Below, in pieces: positions 9,743 through 19,394 of a stretch of 64,000 nucleotides of DNA. Source of the DNA: Planctomycetota bacterium (GTDB lineage: Bacteria; Planctomycetota; SZUA-567; H5-PLA8); the NCBI GenBank assembly GCA_038227875.1, contig JBBRPR010000015.1, forward strand, positions 1 to 64,000. The letters are read 5' to 3'. The notes under the pieces were generated by a model that made no database searches, was not told the DNA's origin, and saw only the letters and a list, made by a program, of their open reading frames with translations. The first letter of the stretch is position 1. The number at the start of each line of letters is the position of its first letter. The position numbers and the translations under genes were made by a program.

Positions 9743-11176
9743 TTACGACTTCAGATTGCTACCGTCCCAGTGTTGGACAAAGTTGTGGATGCCCGGCGCG
9801 CGGTTGGGGCGGACCTGGTGGGCGTACTTAGCGGGCAGCGGTGCGCCGAGCAGCTTCTCCAGTTTTCCGCGCAGCTCCGCGACGATCTTTGGCTGCGAGG
9901 CAGCAATGTTCTCATTCTCACGCGGATCAACTTTGACGTTGTAAAGCTCCACTTTCTTCTCCGGATCGAGCGTGTTGATCAAGAGGTAGTGATCGTCGGT
10001 GCGGACGTAAGCCCACTCCGTCCACGCTCCGATGACGTGATCGCGGTTGCTCGACGACTTGCCCTCGATCACCGGCATGAGGTCGAAGCCGTCGTAGGGT
10101 TCGGCGGATTCGATGTTCATCAACTTGCAGATGGTCGGGGCGAGGTCGGTGTTCTGTGCGAACGCGGAGCTCACTTTGCCCTGCGTGGACTTTTCGGGAT
10201 GGCGCACGATCAGATTCAAGCGCGAGTTGTAGGGATGCATCTTGTAGCTCTTACCGAACATGGTTTTGTCGCGCAGTTCGGTGCCATGATCGGAAGTCAG
10301 GATCACGACGGTGTCGTCCCAAAGTTTGTGCTCGTCGAGTTTCTGCAGGAGATGGCCGATCCATTTGTCGACGAATGTACAGTAGCCGTAGTAAAGCGCC
10401 TTGGTGCGGCGGATTTCGTCGGCGTTGAACTGAAACCGATTCTGGAAAAATTGCGGGTAGGTGTAATCGACCACACCGTCTTTTTTGAAGTAGGCGTCGG
10501 CAAAACTCTTGGGTGGATCCCAGAATTCATGCGGCGTGAACGATTCGACCCAGAGGAAAAACGGTTTCTGCCCGGCGTTGTCATCGATCCAACGCGCAGC
10601 GCTGCGGAAAACACGGGGTGCGAAATATTCCTCCTCGGATTTGCGGTCGGCGACATTGAGCAGGTATTGCGTGAGGCCGGTGTGGCGCTTGGTATCGGTC
10701 TCTTGCGGATGGAGATGCGGCTTGAGATCGATGCCCGCCAACGGTCCGCTGCGGACGCGGTCCATTTCCTGGCCGCGGATGTAGTCGTAGGAAACAAAAC
10801 CGCGCGTGAAGTTCATGGTCGGCTTGAAGAGATGGTAGAGGTCGGCGACGAGGCCGGTCATCACGCCTTTCTCGCAGAGCGTCTCGGCCAGCGTTTTGTA
10901 CTCCGACGGAATCGCGTGCCAGCCCAGCATGTTGGGCTGCGAGCCGACGTCTTCGAGGTCGTGCTTCCACGGATACGAGCGGCGTCCGGTGTAAAAGCCG
11001 CGGCGCATCGGTACGGTCGGCAGCGCTTCGGCGTACGCACGGGAAAAGCTGGTGCTCTGCGCGCGCAACCGGTCGAGGTTGGGCATGTGGACTTGATCTT
11101 CCCACGTGTGATCGACGACGTCCGCGCGCAACGTGTCGCAGCAAATGACGATGACGTTCAATCCGCATTTTGCCAT
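9743..11176 (-). CDS. Sulfatase-like hydrolase (alkaline phosphatase superfamily), Thr at the nucleophile position
   Basis: NVIVICCDTLRAD, PTVPMRRGFYTGR, PHEFWDPP, TSDHG motifs; AAGGAG RBS before ATG11176. Confidence 0.85.
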   Translation of the reverse strand: MAKCGLNVIVICCDTLRADVVDHTWEDQVHMPNLDRLRAQSTSFSRAYAEALPTVPMRRGFYTGRRSYPWKHDLEDVGSQPNMLGWHAIPSEYKTLAETLCEKGVMTGLVADLYHLFKPTMNFTRGFVSYDYIRGQEMDRVRSGPLAGIDLKPHLHPQETDTKRHTGLTQYLLNVADRKSEEEYFAPRVFRSAARWIDDNAGQKPFFLWVESFTPHEFWDPPKSFADAYFKKDGVVDYTYPQFFQNRFQFNADEIRRTKALYYGYCTFVDKWIGHLLQKLDEHKLWDDTVVILTSDHGTELRDKTMFGKSYKMHPYNSRLNLIVRHPEKSTQGKVSSAFAQNTDLAPTICKLMNIESAEPYDGFDLMPVIEGKSSSNRDHVIGAWTEWAYVRTDDHYLLINTLDPEKKVELYNVKVDPRENENIAASQPKIVAELRGKLEKLLGAPLPAKYAHQVRPNRAPGIHNFVQHWDGSNLKS

Positions 11177-11207
11177 TTCATCTCCTTTTTGTATTGCAGC
11201 GGCCGAA

Positions 11208-12683
11208 TCAAAGTCCGAGCCGCTGAAGTTGTTCCTGCGGTGCATCAATTTCTGACATGAAATTCCGAATGCCTTGCGCCAGTCGCCCTGCTTCGGCTGG
11301 ACGTTCGGCAATGAGGTTGTGATCCTGGCCGGGATCTTCCGGCAGGAAGAACAGCGCGTCGCTCATCGGACCGCGAACGTGGTCGATCGAGAAGCGCATC
11401 TGCTCACGCTCAAATTCACCGACGTCGCGCGGTTTGATGAAATCTGGCGGCGAGGCCGAGTACCAGTGGAGCGGCGCGTTGACGTCGGGATTCGGCGGCC
11501 ACTTCACGTACGTCCACGCGCCGTCGGTGATGTGGACGCCTTCGCCAAACTTTCCGAAACATGCGGTCTCGCGGATTTTTGCGGTGGGTGATTGCATCAG
11601 GGGGAAGAGCGACTTGCCGTGGAGTCGCTCGGCTGGAGCCGCAACTCCGGCGGCTTCCATCACGGTCGGAAAGTAATCGACGGGTTGGACGAGCGCACTG
11701 CGGCGCGCGCCGCCCTGCGTACGGAAATCCGGATGGTAAACAAGGAGGGGAATGTGCGCCATCGGCTGGTAAAGCGTCGAGTCGCCATGCCCGGTGCCGG
11801 GCTTGCCGATCATGCCGTGCTCGCCGAAGAGGTGGCCGTGATCGGTCGTGACGATAATCATCGTGTCGTCGAGTCGGCCGAGTTCAGTGAGGTGTTTGAC
11901 GAACGCGCCGAACCAGTGGTCCACCAGCGAGACTTTGCCGGCGTAGAGTGCTCGGATGTCTGCGAGTTCGGCGGGCGTGTAGCGGTCGGCCTTGCCGTAG
12001 ATCGGCCAGCGCACGCGCTCCCGCGGCGGCGGGCCGTCACAGTACATCGTGTCGTAGGGCGGGGGAGGGTCGAAGGGTTCGTGCGGATCGAAGTGATCGA
12101 TGACCAGCAGGAAATCCCTCTGCGCGTGATTCTCTTCCAGCCACGTCGCGGCCCGTGAAAAGGTTTGCGCGCAGAACGTGTGCCGTTCGTCCGACCAACG
12201 GCCTTCAGCGTCGCGCCACTGCGCGGTGTTGCGCATGTACTGCGCCCAGGCGAAGTGGCACTTGGTCCGTTCCGGAGCCGGAAAGCGCGGCGGAATCGAC
12301 GGGTTGGTGATCCAGTGATCGTTCTCCTGCCCACGGATGAAATCCCAGCCGCTGAAATGAAAATGATAGTTGCCCGAGCCATGTTCGAAGAGATGGTAGT
12401 GATCGGTGATCAGCATCGACGGCTTCTTCGATTGCCCGAGCGCTTCTGCCAGATCGAGATCGGTGTGCTCCAACGGTCCCCAGCCGCGGAATGGAAATTC
12501 GTAGCGCCCCGTCATGATCTCCCGCCGCGCCGGCATACACGGCGACGAGGCCAGGTACGCGTTGTCGAACACCACCGACCGTTCCGCGAACGCATCGAGA
12601 TGCGGCGTCTTGCAGACGCGCGAACCGTAGCACCCGAGATGATCGCGGCGCAGCGTGTCGATGACGATCAGGATGGTGTTCAT
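11208..12683 (-). CDS. Sulfatase (Cys-type formylglycine motif)
   Basis: IVIDTLRRDHLG, SPCMPARREIMTGR (CxPxR), FDPHEPFDPP, TTDHG; ATGA overlap with the upstream regulator. Confidence 0.9.
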   Translation of the reverse strand: MNTILIVIDTLRRDHLGCYGSRVCKTPHLDAFAERSVVFDNAYLASSPCMPARREIMTGRYEFPFRGWGPLEHTDLDLAEALGQSKKPSMLITDHYHLFEHGSGNYHFHFSGWDFIRGQENDHWITNPSIPPRFPAPERTKCHFAWAQYMRNTAQWRDAEGRWSDERHTFCAQTFSRAATWLEENHAQRDFLLVIDHFDPHEPFDPPPPYDTMYCDGPPPRERVRWPIYGKADRYTPAELADIRALYAGKVSLVDHWFGAFVKHLTELGRLDDTMIIVTTDHGHLFGEHGMIGKPGTGHGDSTLYQPMAHIPLLVYHPDFRTQGGARRSALVQPVDYFPTVMEAAGVAAPAERLHGKSLFPLMQSPTAKIRETACFGKFGEGVHITDGAWTYVKWPPNPDVNAPLHWYSASPPDFIKPRDVGEFEREQMRFSIDHVRGPMSDALFFLPEDPGQDHNLIAERPAEAGRLAQGIRNFMSEIDAPQEQLQRLGL

Positions 12684-13345
12684 GTTCCTAACAACTCCAA
12701 AATTCGTACGCGAACTTGCTCAAGGTGTTGCTCTGCAGCGGCGCGGGCCTTGTGCGGGCTGCCTGAGGCCAGCGCCTTGATGAGGTCGTAGTGCGTGACG
12801 GCTTTTTCGGACGGCGTGGCGCCGAGTTGCTTTTCGAACGGATGCCGAGCCATTTCGCTGCGGACGATCAGGCGCATGCGGGTGATCGTGTCGATCAGCG
12901 CCTGGCAGCCGCTGGCTTCGACGATGGCGCGGTGAAATTTGCAATTGGCCTGGCGCGTCTCGTAGTAACGACCGGCGAGACGGTGTTCCTTGTAGATGTC
13001 GGCCAGGGCGCGGAGTTCCCGGGCTAGTTCCGGCGTCCAGCGTTTGCAGACCAGTTCCGCGGCGAGCCCCTCGAGCTCGCGGCGCACCAGGAAGAGGCCG
13101 GCGCCTTCCGCAGGCGTGATCTCGGCGACGAACGAGCCGACATTGGGAATCGTGCGGATCCAGCCGCGTTCGGCGAGAATCGCCAGCGCGTTGCGCAAGG
13201 GCGTGCGGCTGACGCCCAGCCGCGCCGCGAGAGCGACTTCGCCCAGATGGGTGCCGGGCGGCAGCGTGCCGGAGACGATCTCGTCTTCAAGCTGCTCCAG
13301 CAGCGCGCTGTCGGTGCTTTTGGCTTCGGTAGTCAAGGTGCTCAT
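12680..13345 (-). CDS. GntR-family (FadR/FCD) transcriptional regulator
   Basis: LPPGTHLGEVALAARLGVSRTPLRNAL wHTH; NCKFHRAIVEASG FCD motif. Confidence 0.9.
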   Translation of the reverse strand: MSTLTTEAKSTDSALLEQLEDEIVSGTLPPGTHLGEVALAARLGVSRTPLRNALAILAERGWIRTIPNVGSFVAEITPAEGAGLFLVRRELEGLAAELVCKRWTPELARELRALADIYKEHRLAGRYYETRQANCKFHRAIVEASGCQALIDTITRMRLIVRSEMARHPFEKQLGATPSEKAVTHYDLIKALASGSPHKARAAAEQHLEQVRVRILELLGT

Positions 13346-13356
13346 AATTGCATTCT

Positions 13357-13370
13357 TATTGTATACAATA
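13357..13370. promoter_or_regulatory. GntR-type operator TATTGTATACAATA
   Basis: Perfect 14-bp palindrome 12 bp upstream of the GntR start; TGTATACA core matches GntR-family operators. Confidence 0.7.
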
Positions 13371-13480
13371 TGTGTACGCAATGACAATCTGTCAGATTTT
13401 AAAGAAAAGTCTGGACGGGGAGCGGCTTGGCGTCTATATATCCGTGACAGATGTATCGGGTGCGGAGGCAAGGACGACGC

Positions 13481-13840
13481 GTGGCCAAGACTTTAAAGAC
13501 CGATGATTTTCTCCCACTTACACCGGCGGTGTTTCACATACTCCTGGCGCTGACAGACCGCGAGCGGCATGGGTACGCGATCATGACCGACGTCGCGGCG
13601 CAGACCAGCGGGCAATTGCGCATGGGGCCGGGGACGTTGTACGGTTCGATCAAGCGCATGATCGCTTCAGGACTGATCGAAGAGGCCGACGAGCGGCCAG
13701 CACCGGATTTGGACGACGAACGCCGTCGCTATTATCGGCTCACGGCGCAAGGGCGCACGGTGGCATCGGCGGAATCGCGGCGTCTGGCGAATCTTTTGAA
13801 TGTGGCGCGCGACAAGGGACTGCGGCCATCGCTGGCCTGA
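13481..13840 (+). CDS. PadR-family transcriptional regulator
   Basis: FHILLAL..RERHGYAI, GPGTLYGSIKRM, RRRYYRLTAQGR; GTG start inferred. Confidence 0.9.
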   Translation: MAKTLKTDDFLPLTPAVFHILLALTDRERHGYAIMTDVAAQTSGQLRMGPGTLYGSIKRMIASGLIEEADERPAPDLDDERRRYYRLTAQGRTVASAESRRLANLLNVARDKGLRPSLA

Positions 13841-13852
13841 AAGAGGCGTCGC

Positions 13853-14377
13853 ATGCACATCGAACGCACCACTATTGCTTCACTGACGCGGCTGTACGGC
13901 TGGATGCTTGCGGCCTATCCGCGCACGCACCTGCGCCGGTATCGCGAAGATATGCTGCAGGTGTTTTCAGACGGTTGCCGCGAGGCGTTGCGCCGGCGCG
14001 GCGTGTGGGGTGTGCCGATCATCTTGATGCAGATGTTGCTCGATACCGGATCGAATGCGGTGGCCGAACATCTGGCCGAAAGGGGCGCTTACATGAGCAT
14101 GCTTCAGGCGTGGTACCAGCGAAAAGTATTGAACACGGAGAAGTTCGATCCGTTCTGGGGCGGGTTCTTCATGGGGATCGTCTCCTGCGCCAACGTCGCC
14201 ACGGGGGTGCTTCTGATTGTTTACTCCGACGGCGTCGAAGCCCTTTTCTGGATGGGCTGCTTCCTGCTGGCCGGGGCCGCGTTCGCGTTTGGCGTGCAGA
14301 TGCTGCAGCTGCGGGAATACAACAAGCGGCTGCGTGCCGGGGTCATGCCGATTACTTCTGAGTTTCGGTTGCGCTGA
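13853..14377 (+). CDS. Small membrane protein with PadR-partner-type N-terminal helix domain
   Basis: LYGWMLAAYPRTHLRRYREDMLQVFSD N-terminus typical of genes following this PadR subtype; 2 predicted TM segments. Confidence 0.7.
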   Translation: MHIERTTIASLTRLYGWMLAAYPRTHLRRYREDMLQVFSDGCREALRRRGVWGVPIILMQMLLDTGSNAVAEHLAERGAYMSMLQAWYQRKVLNTEKFDPFWGGFFMGIVSCANVATGVLLIVYSDGVEALFWMGCFLLAGAAFAFGVQMLQLREYNKRLRAGVMPITSEFRLR

Positions 14378-15406
14378 ACGGCCGGTCTGAGACTTCCACG
14401 TCGTCGACAAAGACCGTGCAGTCCTGCTGCGCGGCGGAGATGCCGACTTCAACGTGATTGTAGATCGTGTCCGGCAGCGGCAGGTTGCGGCCTGTAGCCT
14501 TAATGATCTGCTTACCGTCCAGCCACAGTTCGTTCAGGCCGTCGTCCTCGTCTGACAACTTCAGATGGATCACCACGTGGACCCAGCGCTTCACCGGAAA
14601 GGCCACAGGCGCCGTGGCGCTCTGAGTGTAGAAGGGCTTGTCGGCCCATTTGAATTCGAACTGCGGGATGCCTGCTTCCAATCGCAAGCGCAATCCCGGC
14701 GTGCCTTCGATCCAGCCGGACTTGATGTCTGAAATCGTGTACGGCATTCCTTCGGCGATGTAATACCAGCCGGAGAACCAGTAGTCGTCGCCCTTCACAA
14801 AATGAAGCATCTCGCTTTCGATGTGCGCCTTCGCGCATTGCATGCCCCACGACGGCGCGACGGAGTGCGCACGCAGCGACTGTTTGCCCGCATGCGCCTG
14901 CGCATTGGATGGTTCCACGCGATTGTCGATGAACTGCGCGCTGCCGCTCAGGATGCCGGTGCGCAGTTTGACGTAGTCGGCGACCTTCGGCGCACTGGGC
15001 GATTGCAGCACAAACGAGGTGAAGCCGTGTTTTTCGCCGATGAGATCGTTGAGCGTCGCGACGTCTTCGAAGTCCGCCTTGAAGTGCTTGGACATCGCGT
15101 AACGCTTGCCGCTGCCGGGATCGATACGGTACGTGACATTGTTCTCGACGACGTAATTCTTTTGAAAGAGATCCTCGTCATAAACGTGCATGTAGTAACC
15201 CCAGGTCTTCGAGTCGGGGTCGCGGATCCAGGCGTCGCCGCCGACGATCGAGCAGGTCTGGCCGTCGATCTGTTTGGCGTGGGATTCAAGCAAGGCCAGC
15301 GGCGGAAGCGGCTTGGGCGGGCCGGCGCGTGTTTGATGAACGCCGCCAGCGCGACCAGCGCCACGGGCGCAGCCAGGGCCAGGAGATAAGACTTCCGGAA
15401 TTTCAA
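14352..15406 (-). pseudogene. Polysaccharide-lyase-like (heparin lyase I/jelly-roll) exported protein, split by a 1-nt frameshift near 15333
   Basis: AGGGAGG RBS + TTG15406 gives signal-like MKFRKSYLLALAAPVALVALAAFIK; the body (GDDYWFSGWYYI, KRWVHVVIHLKLSD..DGLNELWLDGKQI) is in another frame; one extra A in the AAA at 15332-15334 would fuse them. Confidence 0.7.
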
Positions 15407-15478
15407 TGCGCCTCCCTAAATGGAACTGGCGATCCGATGAAGGATCGCCAGTTCTTTTGAGCGGGAATCGTTCCGTAA

Positions 15479-16792
15479 TTACGCCAGCAGCGCGTCGATG
15501 GGCTTGCCTTTGTCGACGACGCGGATGGGGCGGCCCTGCGGGGTCATGTTTTCCTTCGTGTAGTCGATGCCCAGCGCCGCGCAGATGGTCGCGTGCAGGT
15601 CGCCGATCTGGACGGGGTTGTCTTTGACTTCCGAGCCTGTCGCGTCGGTCGCGCCGTGGACCATGCCCGACTTGATGCCGCCGCCGGCGATCAGGCCCGA
15701 CCAGCAGCGCGGATAGTGATCGCGGCCGTCGTTGGCGTTGATCTTCGGCGTACGTCCGAATTCGCCGGTGCAGACGACCATCGTGCGCTGCAGCATGCCG
15801 CGCGCGTTGAGGTCTTCGATCAGATTGCCCAGCGCCGGATCCAGCGAGTTGAGGTTCTTCTCGATCGCGGTGAAGCCGTTGGCGTGGGTGTCCCATCCAC
15901 CCATCGAACATTCGACGAAGCGCACGCCGGATTCCACGAGGCGGCGGGCCATCAGCAGCGAACGGCCGAGCTGGTTGTCGCCGTAGTTCTTGATGTACAT
16001 CGTCTCTTTCTTATCGCCGTCGATGTTGAAGGCGGAGAGCGACTTGGAGTACATCATCTTGATCGCGTCTTTGTAGTAAGTGCCGTATTCCTTGACCGAA
16101 TCGTCGCGGTTCTGGTCGTGGAATTCCTTGTCAATGCCGCGGAGGATGTCGATGCGGCGGCGGAAGCGGTCGTCGTCGACGCCCTGTGCCAGCACCAGGT
16201 TGCGGTCCGGATTGTTAATGTCGCCGATGTAGAACGGCGCGAACTGGCTGCCCAGGAATCCCGCCCCGAAGCTCACGTTGCCGATCGAGACATACGCGGG
16301 GATCTCTTCGTTGCGCTTGCCCTTCTGCTGCACGATCACTGAACCGAAGCTGGGATGTGCGATGCTGCCCAGCGGCTTGTAGCCGGTGTGCATCTCGTAC
16401 GTTGCGCGTTCGTGCGCGCCTTCCTTGCTGGTCAGCGAGCGGATCAGCGAGGCGTTCTTCATGTTGCGCGCCACGGTCGGGAAATGCTCGCAGAGCTGGA
16501 TGCCGGTCGCGGCCGTGCTGATGGGCTTGTACGGGCCGTTGGTGTTCTGACCCGGCTTCGGGTCAAAGGTATCGATGTGGCTGGGACCGCCAGCCAACCA
16601 GATCAGGATCACCGAGTCGCACTTGGAGACGTCGCTGCCTCCGGCGAGCACCTTGGCGCGGAGCATGTCGATCAGGTTCATGCCCATGAACCCGAGCGCA
16701 CCGGCCTTAAAGAACGAGCGGCGGCTCCATCCGGCCTTGCCGTCGCAATCGATAGTACCGCGCTGAATTCCGGTCGGCAGGATCTTTGGCAT
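15479..16792 (-). CDS. DUF1501 domain protein (Tat-like signal)
   Basis: SRRSFFK; ILIWLAGGPSHIDTFDPKP; LMARRLVESGVRFV; GWDTH; GEFGRTPKIN..GRDHYP. Confidence 0.92.
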   Translation of the reverse strand: MPKILPTGIQRGTIDCDGKAGWSRRSFFKAGALGFMGMNLIDMLRAKVLAGGSDVSKCDSVILIWLAGGPSHIDTFDPKPGQNTNGPYKPISTAATGIQLCEHFPTVARNMKNASLIRSLTSKEGAHERATYEMHTGYKPLGSIAHPSFGSVIVQQKGKRNEEIPAYVSIGNVSFGAGFLGSQFAPFYIGDINNPDRNLVLAQGVDDDRFRRRIDILRGIDKEFHDQNRDDSVKEYGTYYKDAIKMMYSKSLSAFNIDGDKKETMYIKNYGDNQLGRSLLMARRLVESGVRFVECSMGGWDTHANGFTAIEKNLNSLDPALGNLIEDLNARGMLQRTMVVCTGEFGRTPKINANDGRDHYPRCWSGLIAGGGIKSGMVHGATDATGSEVKDNPVQIGDLHATICAALGIDYTKENMTPQGRPIRVVDKGKPIDALLA

Positions 16793-16866
16793 GTTCCGTC
16801 TCCTTTGTCTTCCCAACTTTAACAAACCGCTAAGTATTAAATTCGTTTAACTTTTTCCAGTACGCC

Positions 16867-16906
16867 CTGAGTCATGCGTCGATCTCAGTCCTCAGTCCTC
16901 AGTCCT
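16867..16906. repeat. Heptamer tandem repeat (CTCAGTC)x3 with a partial inverted copy
   Basis: CTCAGTC at 16884, 16891, 16898; CTGAGTC at 16868. Confidence 0.7.
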
Positions 16907-16912
16907 GCTCTG

Positions 16913-18892
16913 TCACTTGATGAACGTAAACTCTCGCGAATTCAGCAGCGACCAGTAGGTGTCGTCGATCCATTCGCGAGTGACGGTGCCATTTTTGATC
17001 GTGGCGCCGAGGAAGTTCAACTCCCGCACCGACGGCTGGCGCGACAACGCGGACAGGTACAGTTCCGTGATCACCTGCTGCGGGCTGGCTTTTTCGGAAA
17101 TCAGCGAAGCGGCCAGTGGGCTGTTGCGCACCGCGTCGTTGATTGTGCGACCGTTCATCAGCTCCAGCGCCTGCGAGATCGAGCCAGCGTCGTCGCGCTT
17201 GACGGTGGTCTGTTCGCGGTTGGGCTGGTTGAAGAGATTCATGAACGAGCCGGTGCGCGCGGGCGTCGGCAAGTCGGCGGCCCACAGCATCTCCTGCTTC
17301 TTGTCCGTGTAGCGGGCTTTCTGCGCCAGCGACTTGATGTCCAGTGTCATGCCTTCCAGCCCGTTATCGTGGCCGGTGGCAACCAGGATCGAATCGAACA
17401 TCTCTTCGGCGCTCATGCGGCGCAGCTTCATGTGCGAATACAGGGTGGCATCGCTGCGGTTGTTGGTGGTCGGAATCGTTGAGCGCTGATACGTGCTGGA
17501 GTTGAAGATCAGCCGCAACACGTGCTGGTTGTCGAACTTCGACTGGATGAATTCGTCGGTCAGATAATCGAGCAGCTCGGGATGGCTCGGCGCGTTCTTT
17601 TCGCGGAAGTCATCGATCGGATCGACGATGCCGTGGCCCATGACCTGGAACCACAGGCGATTGACTTCCACCGCCGCGAACTGCCGGCTGCCGGTCACGA
17701 ATTCAGCCAGCGCCTTGCGCCGCGAGCCCGGACCTTCGGCCTTCTTGGTCGGATCCCACGGGAAGATCGCCGGCACCACGTCGCCGCCGTTCTGGCCCTT
17801 CTTCTTGGCGCCGTCGCCTTCAGCCGGCATGTGGTAGTCGCCATTCGGACGTTCGATCACAATGCGGCTCTGGTGCTGCTGGAATGCTTTCTTCAGCGCT
17901 TGCGCCGTTTCCTTCGATGCGGTCTTGTCGATTTCGGCGAGCACATTCTTGCGGCTGCCGAGCATCGGCATTTCCATGCCCATGTCCTTGCCGCCCATTC
18001 CCATTTCCTTGCCCATGCCGCCACCCATCGCAGCATTGTTCTCCGCGCCGGGCGCGGCGAGCGTCTGAGCCTTCAGCTTTACCTTGTCTTGCGCTTCGTG
18101 GGCTTCCTTAAAATACGGTTCGAGCAGCTTGCGGCCTTCTTCGGGCAGGCGCTTTTCGTTGGCTTCGATTTTCAGCAGTGTGGCGACCGGATCGGGCTGC
18201 ACGTTTACGCGTCCGAAGAACGCCATGACGCTGTGGAAATCCTGCTGCGTCCACTTGTCAAACGGATGATCGTGGCACTGCGCGCAGGCCATGCGCGTGC
18301 CCATGAAGACGGTGGACACCGTGTTGACCGTCTCGACGCGGTTGCCTTCATCGCGGAGGTAGAAGTTGGCGGCGGCGTTGACTTCTGCATTGCCGGTAGC
18401 TGTGATCAGTTCGCGCGCGAACTGGTCGTAGGGCATGTTCTTGGAGAGTGCTTCGCGCACCCATTCGCGGTACGAGCCGCGTTCGGTGCCTTCCTTCGGC
18501 TTGGAATTGCTGTGCTCGCGCAGCATGTCGCTCCAGACCACGGACCACGATTCGGCGTAGCGGGGCGACTTGAGCAGCGCGTCGATCAGCTTGGCGCGCT
18601 TGTCGGGAGTGCGGTCGGCCAGAAATCCCTTCACTTGTGAACTGGTCGGGACCACGCCGCAGACGTCGACGTAAATGCGGCGCACAAATTCTTCATCGGT
18701 GCAGAGCGGGGAAGGGGTGATCTTTTCGGCGTCCAAGCGCTGCAGAATGAACTTGTCGATCGGATTCTTGATGTCCGGGTTGCTGGCCTGTGGCTCGGCT
18801 TGGACGGCCGCGGGTTGGCAGAATTGGGCGCCCAACAGAGCCGCGCCGACCAGCAGAGCCGTGCCCAATAAGAGAGGTAGTTTTTGTTTCAT
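16913..18892 (-). CDS. DUF1549/DUF1553 (PSD1) domain protein
   Basis: NPIDKFI, DEEFVRRIYVDVCG, KRAKLIDALL, CAQCHDHPFDKW, GHGIVDPIDD, PSHPELLDYL, QALELMNG, LLNSREF. Confidence 0.92.
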   Translation of the reverse strand: MKQKLPLLLGTALLVGAALLGAQFCQPAAVQAEPQASNPDIKNPIDKFILQRLDAEKITPSPLCTDEEFVRRIYVDVCGVVPTSSQVKGFLADRTPDKRAKLIDALLKSPRYAESWSVVWSDMLREHSNSKPKEGTERGSYREWVREALSKNMPYDQFARELITATGNAEVNAAANFYLRDEGNRVETVNTVSTVFMGTRMACAQCHDHPFDKWTQQDFHSVMAFFGRVNVQPDPVATLLKIEANEKRLPEEGRKLLEPYFKEAHEAQDKVKLKAQTLAAPGAENNAAMGGGMGKEMGMGGKDMGMEMPMLGSRKNVLAEIDKTASKETAQALKKAFQQHQSRIVIERPNGDYHMPAEGDGAKKKGQNGGDVVPAIFPWDPTKKAEGPGSRRKALAEFVTGSRQFAAVEVNRLWFQVMGHGIVDPIDDFREKNAPSHPELLDYLTDEFIQSKFDNQHVLRLIFNSSTYQRSTIPTTNNRSDATLYSHMKLRRMSAEEMFDSILVATGHDNGLEGMTLDIKSLAQKARYTDKKQEMLWAADLPTPARTGSFMNLFNQPNREQTTVKRDDAGSISQALELMNGRTINDAVRNSPLAASLISEKASPQQVITELYLSALSRQPSVRELNFLGATIKNGTVTREWIDDTYWSLLNSREFTFIK

Positions 18893-19394
18893 CTTCAAGC
18901 TCCCTGCATTCCGTTCCGTTCGCCGTCACATTCCCGAAACTGAGTAGGTAAATCCGACACTTGCGCGAAATCCCTACAACGGATCTGCTGAGCTGTCGAA
19001 CTTCCCTGCAATTTTTCTGCAATCCCCTCGAACTCAAGCATTTATCAGCACGCGGAGGGCCATGTTGTGCAACGGAGGGACTGCCATAGTTAAGACGAGA
19101 ATCGCATTCAAGTCAATGCAGAACATTCGGCCAATGTTAGGAACATGTGCAGGCGGTTTCGCATCACAATTCATGAGCCTTTTGCGAACTGGGTTGCCTT
19201 TGCGCCAATCGCGAGTACAAGCGTTGTCATTCAAGAGAAAACGACGGGGCACGTCTATCGCCGCTGGCCACAACGCTAACAGCCCGTAGATCACGCTCTG
19301 GACGGCGCCGCGAAACGCCTTTAATGCCAGGCGTTTCATGGAGTGAGTCGCGGAATAGAACTTTCTAACGGGCTGCCAACCTGGGAATGCGTGT

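Noticed and set aside
15407..15911. N-terminal 170 aa of the listed 519-aa ORF 14352..15911
   Set aside because: Overlaps the DUF1501 gene in another frame and is Arg-rich shadow sequence; the real start is better explained by RBS+TTG15406 with a frameshift
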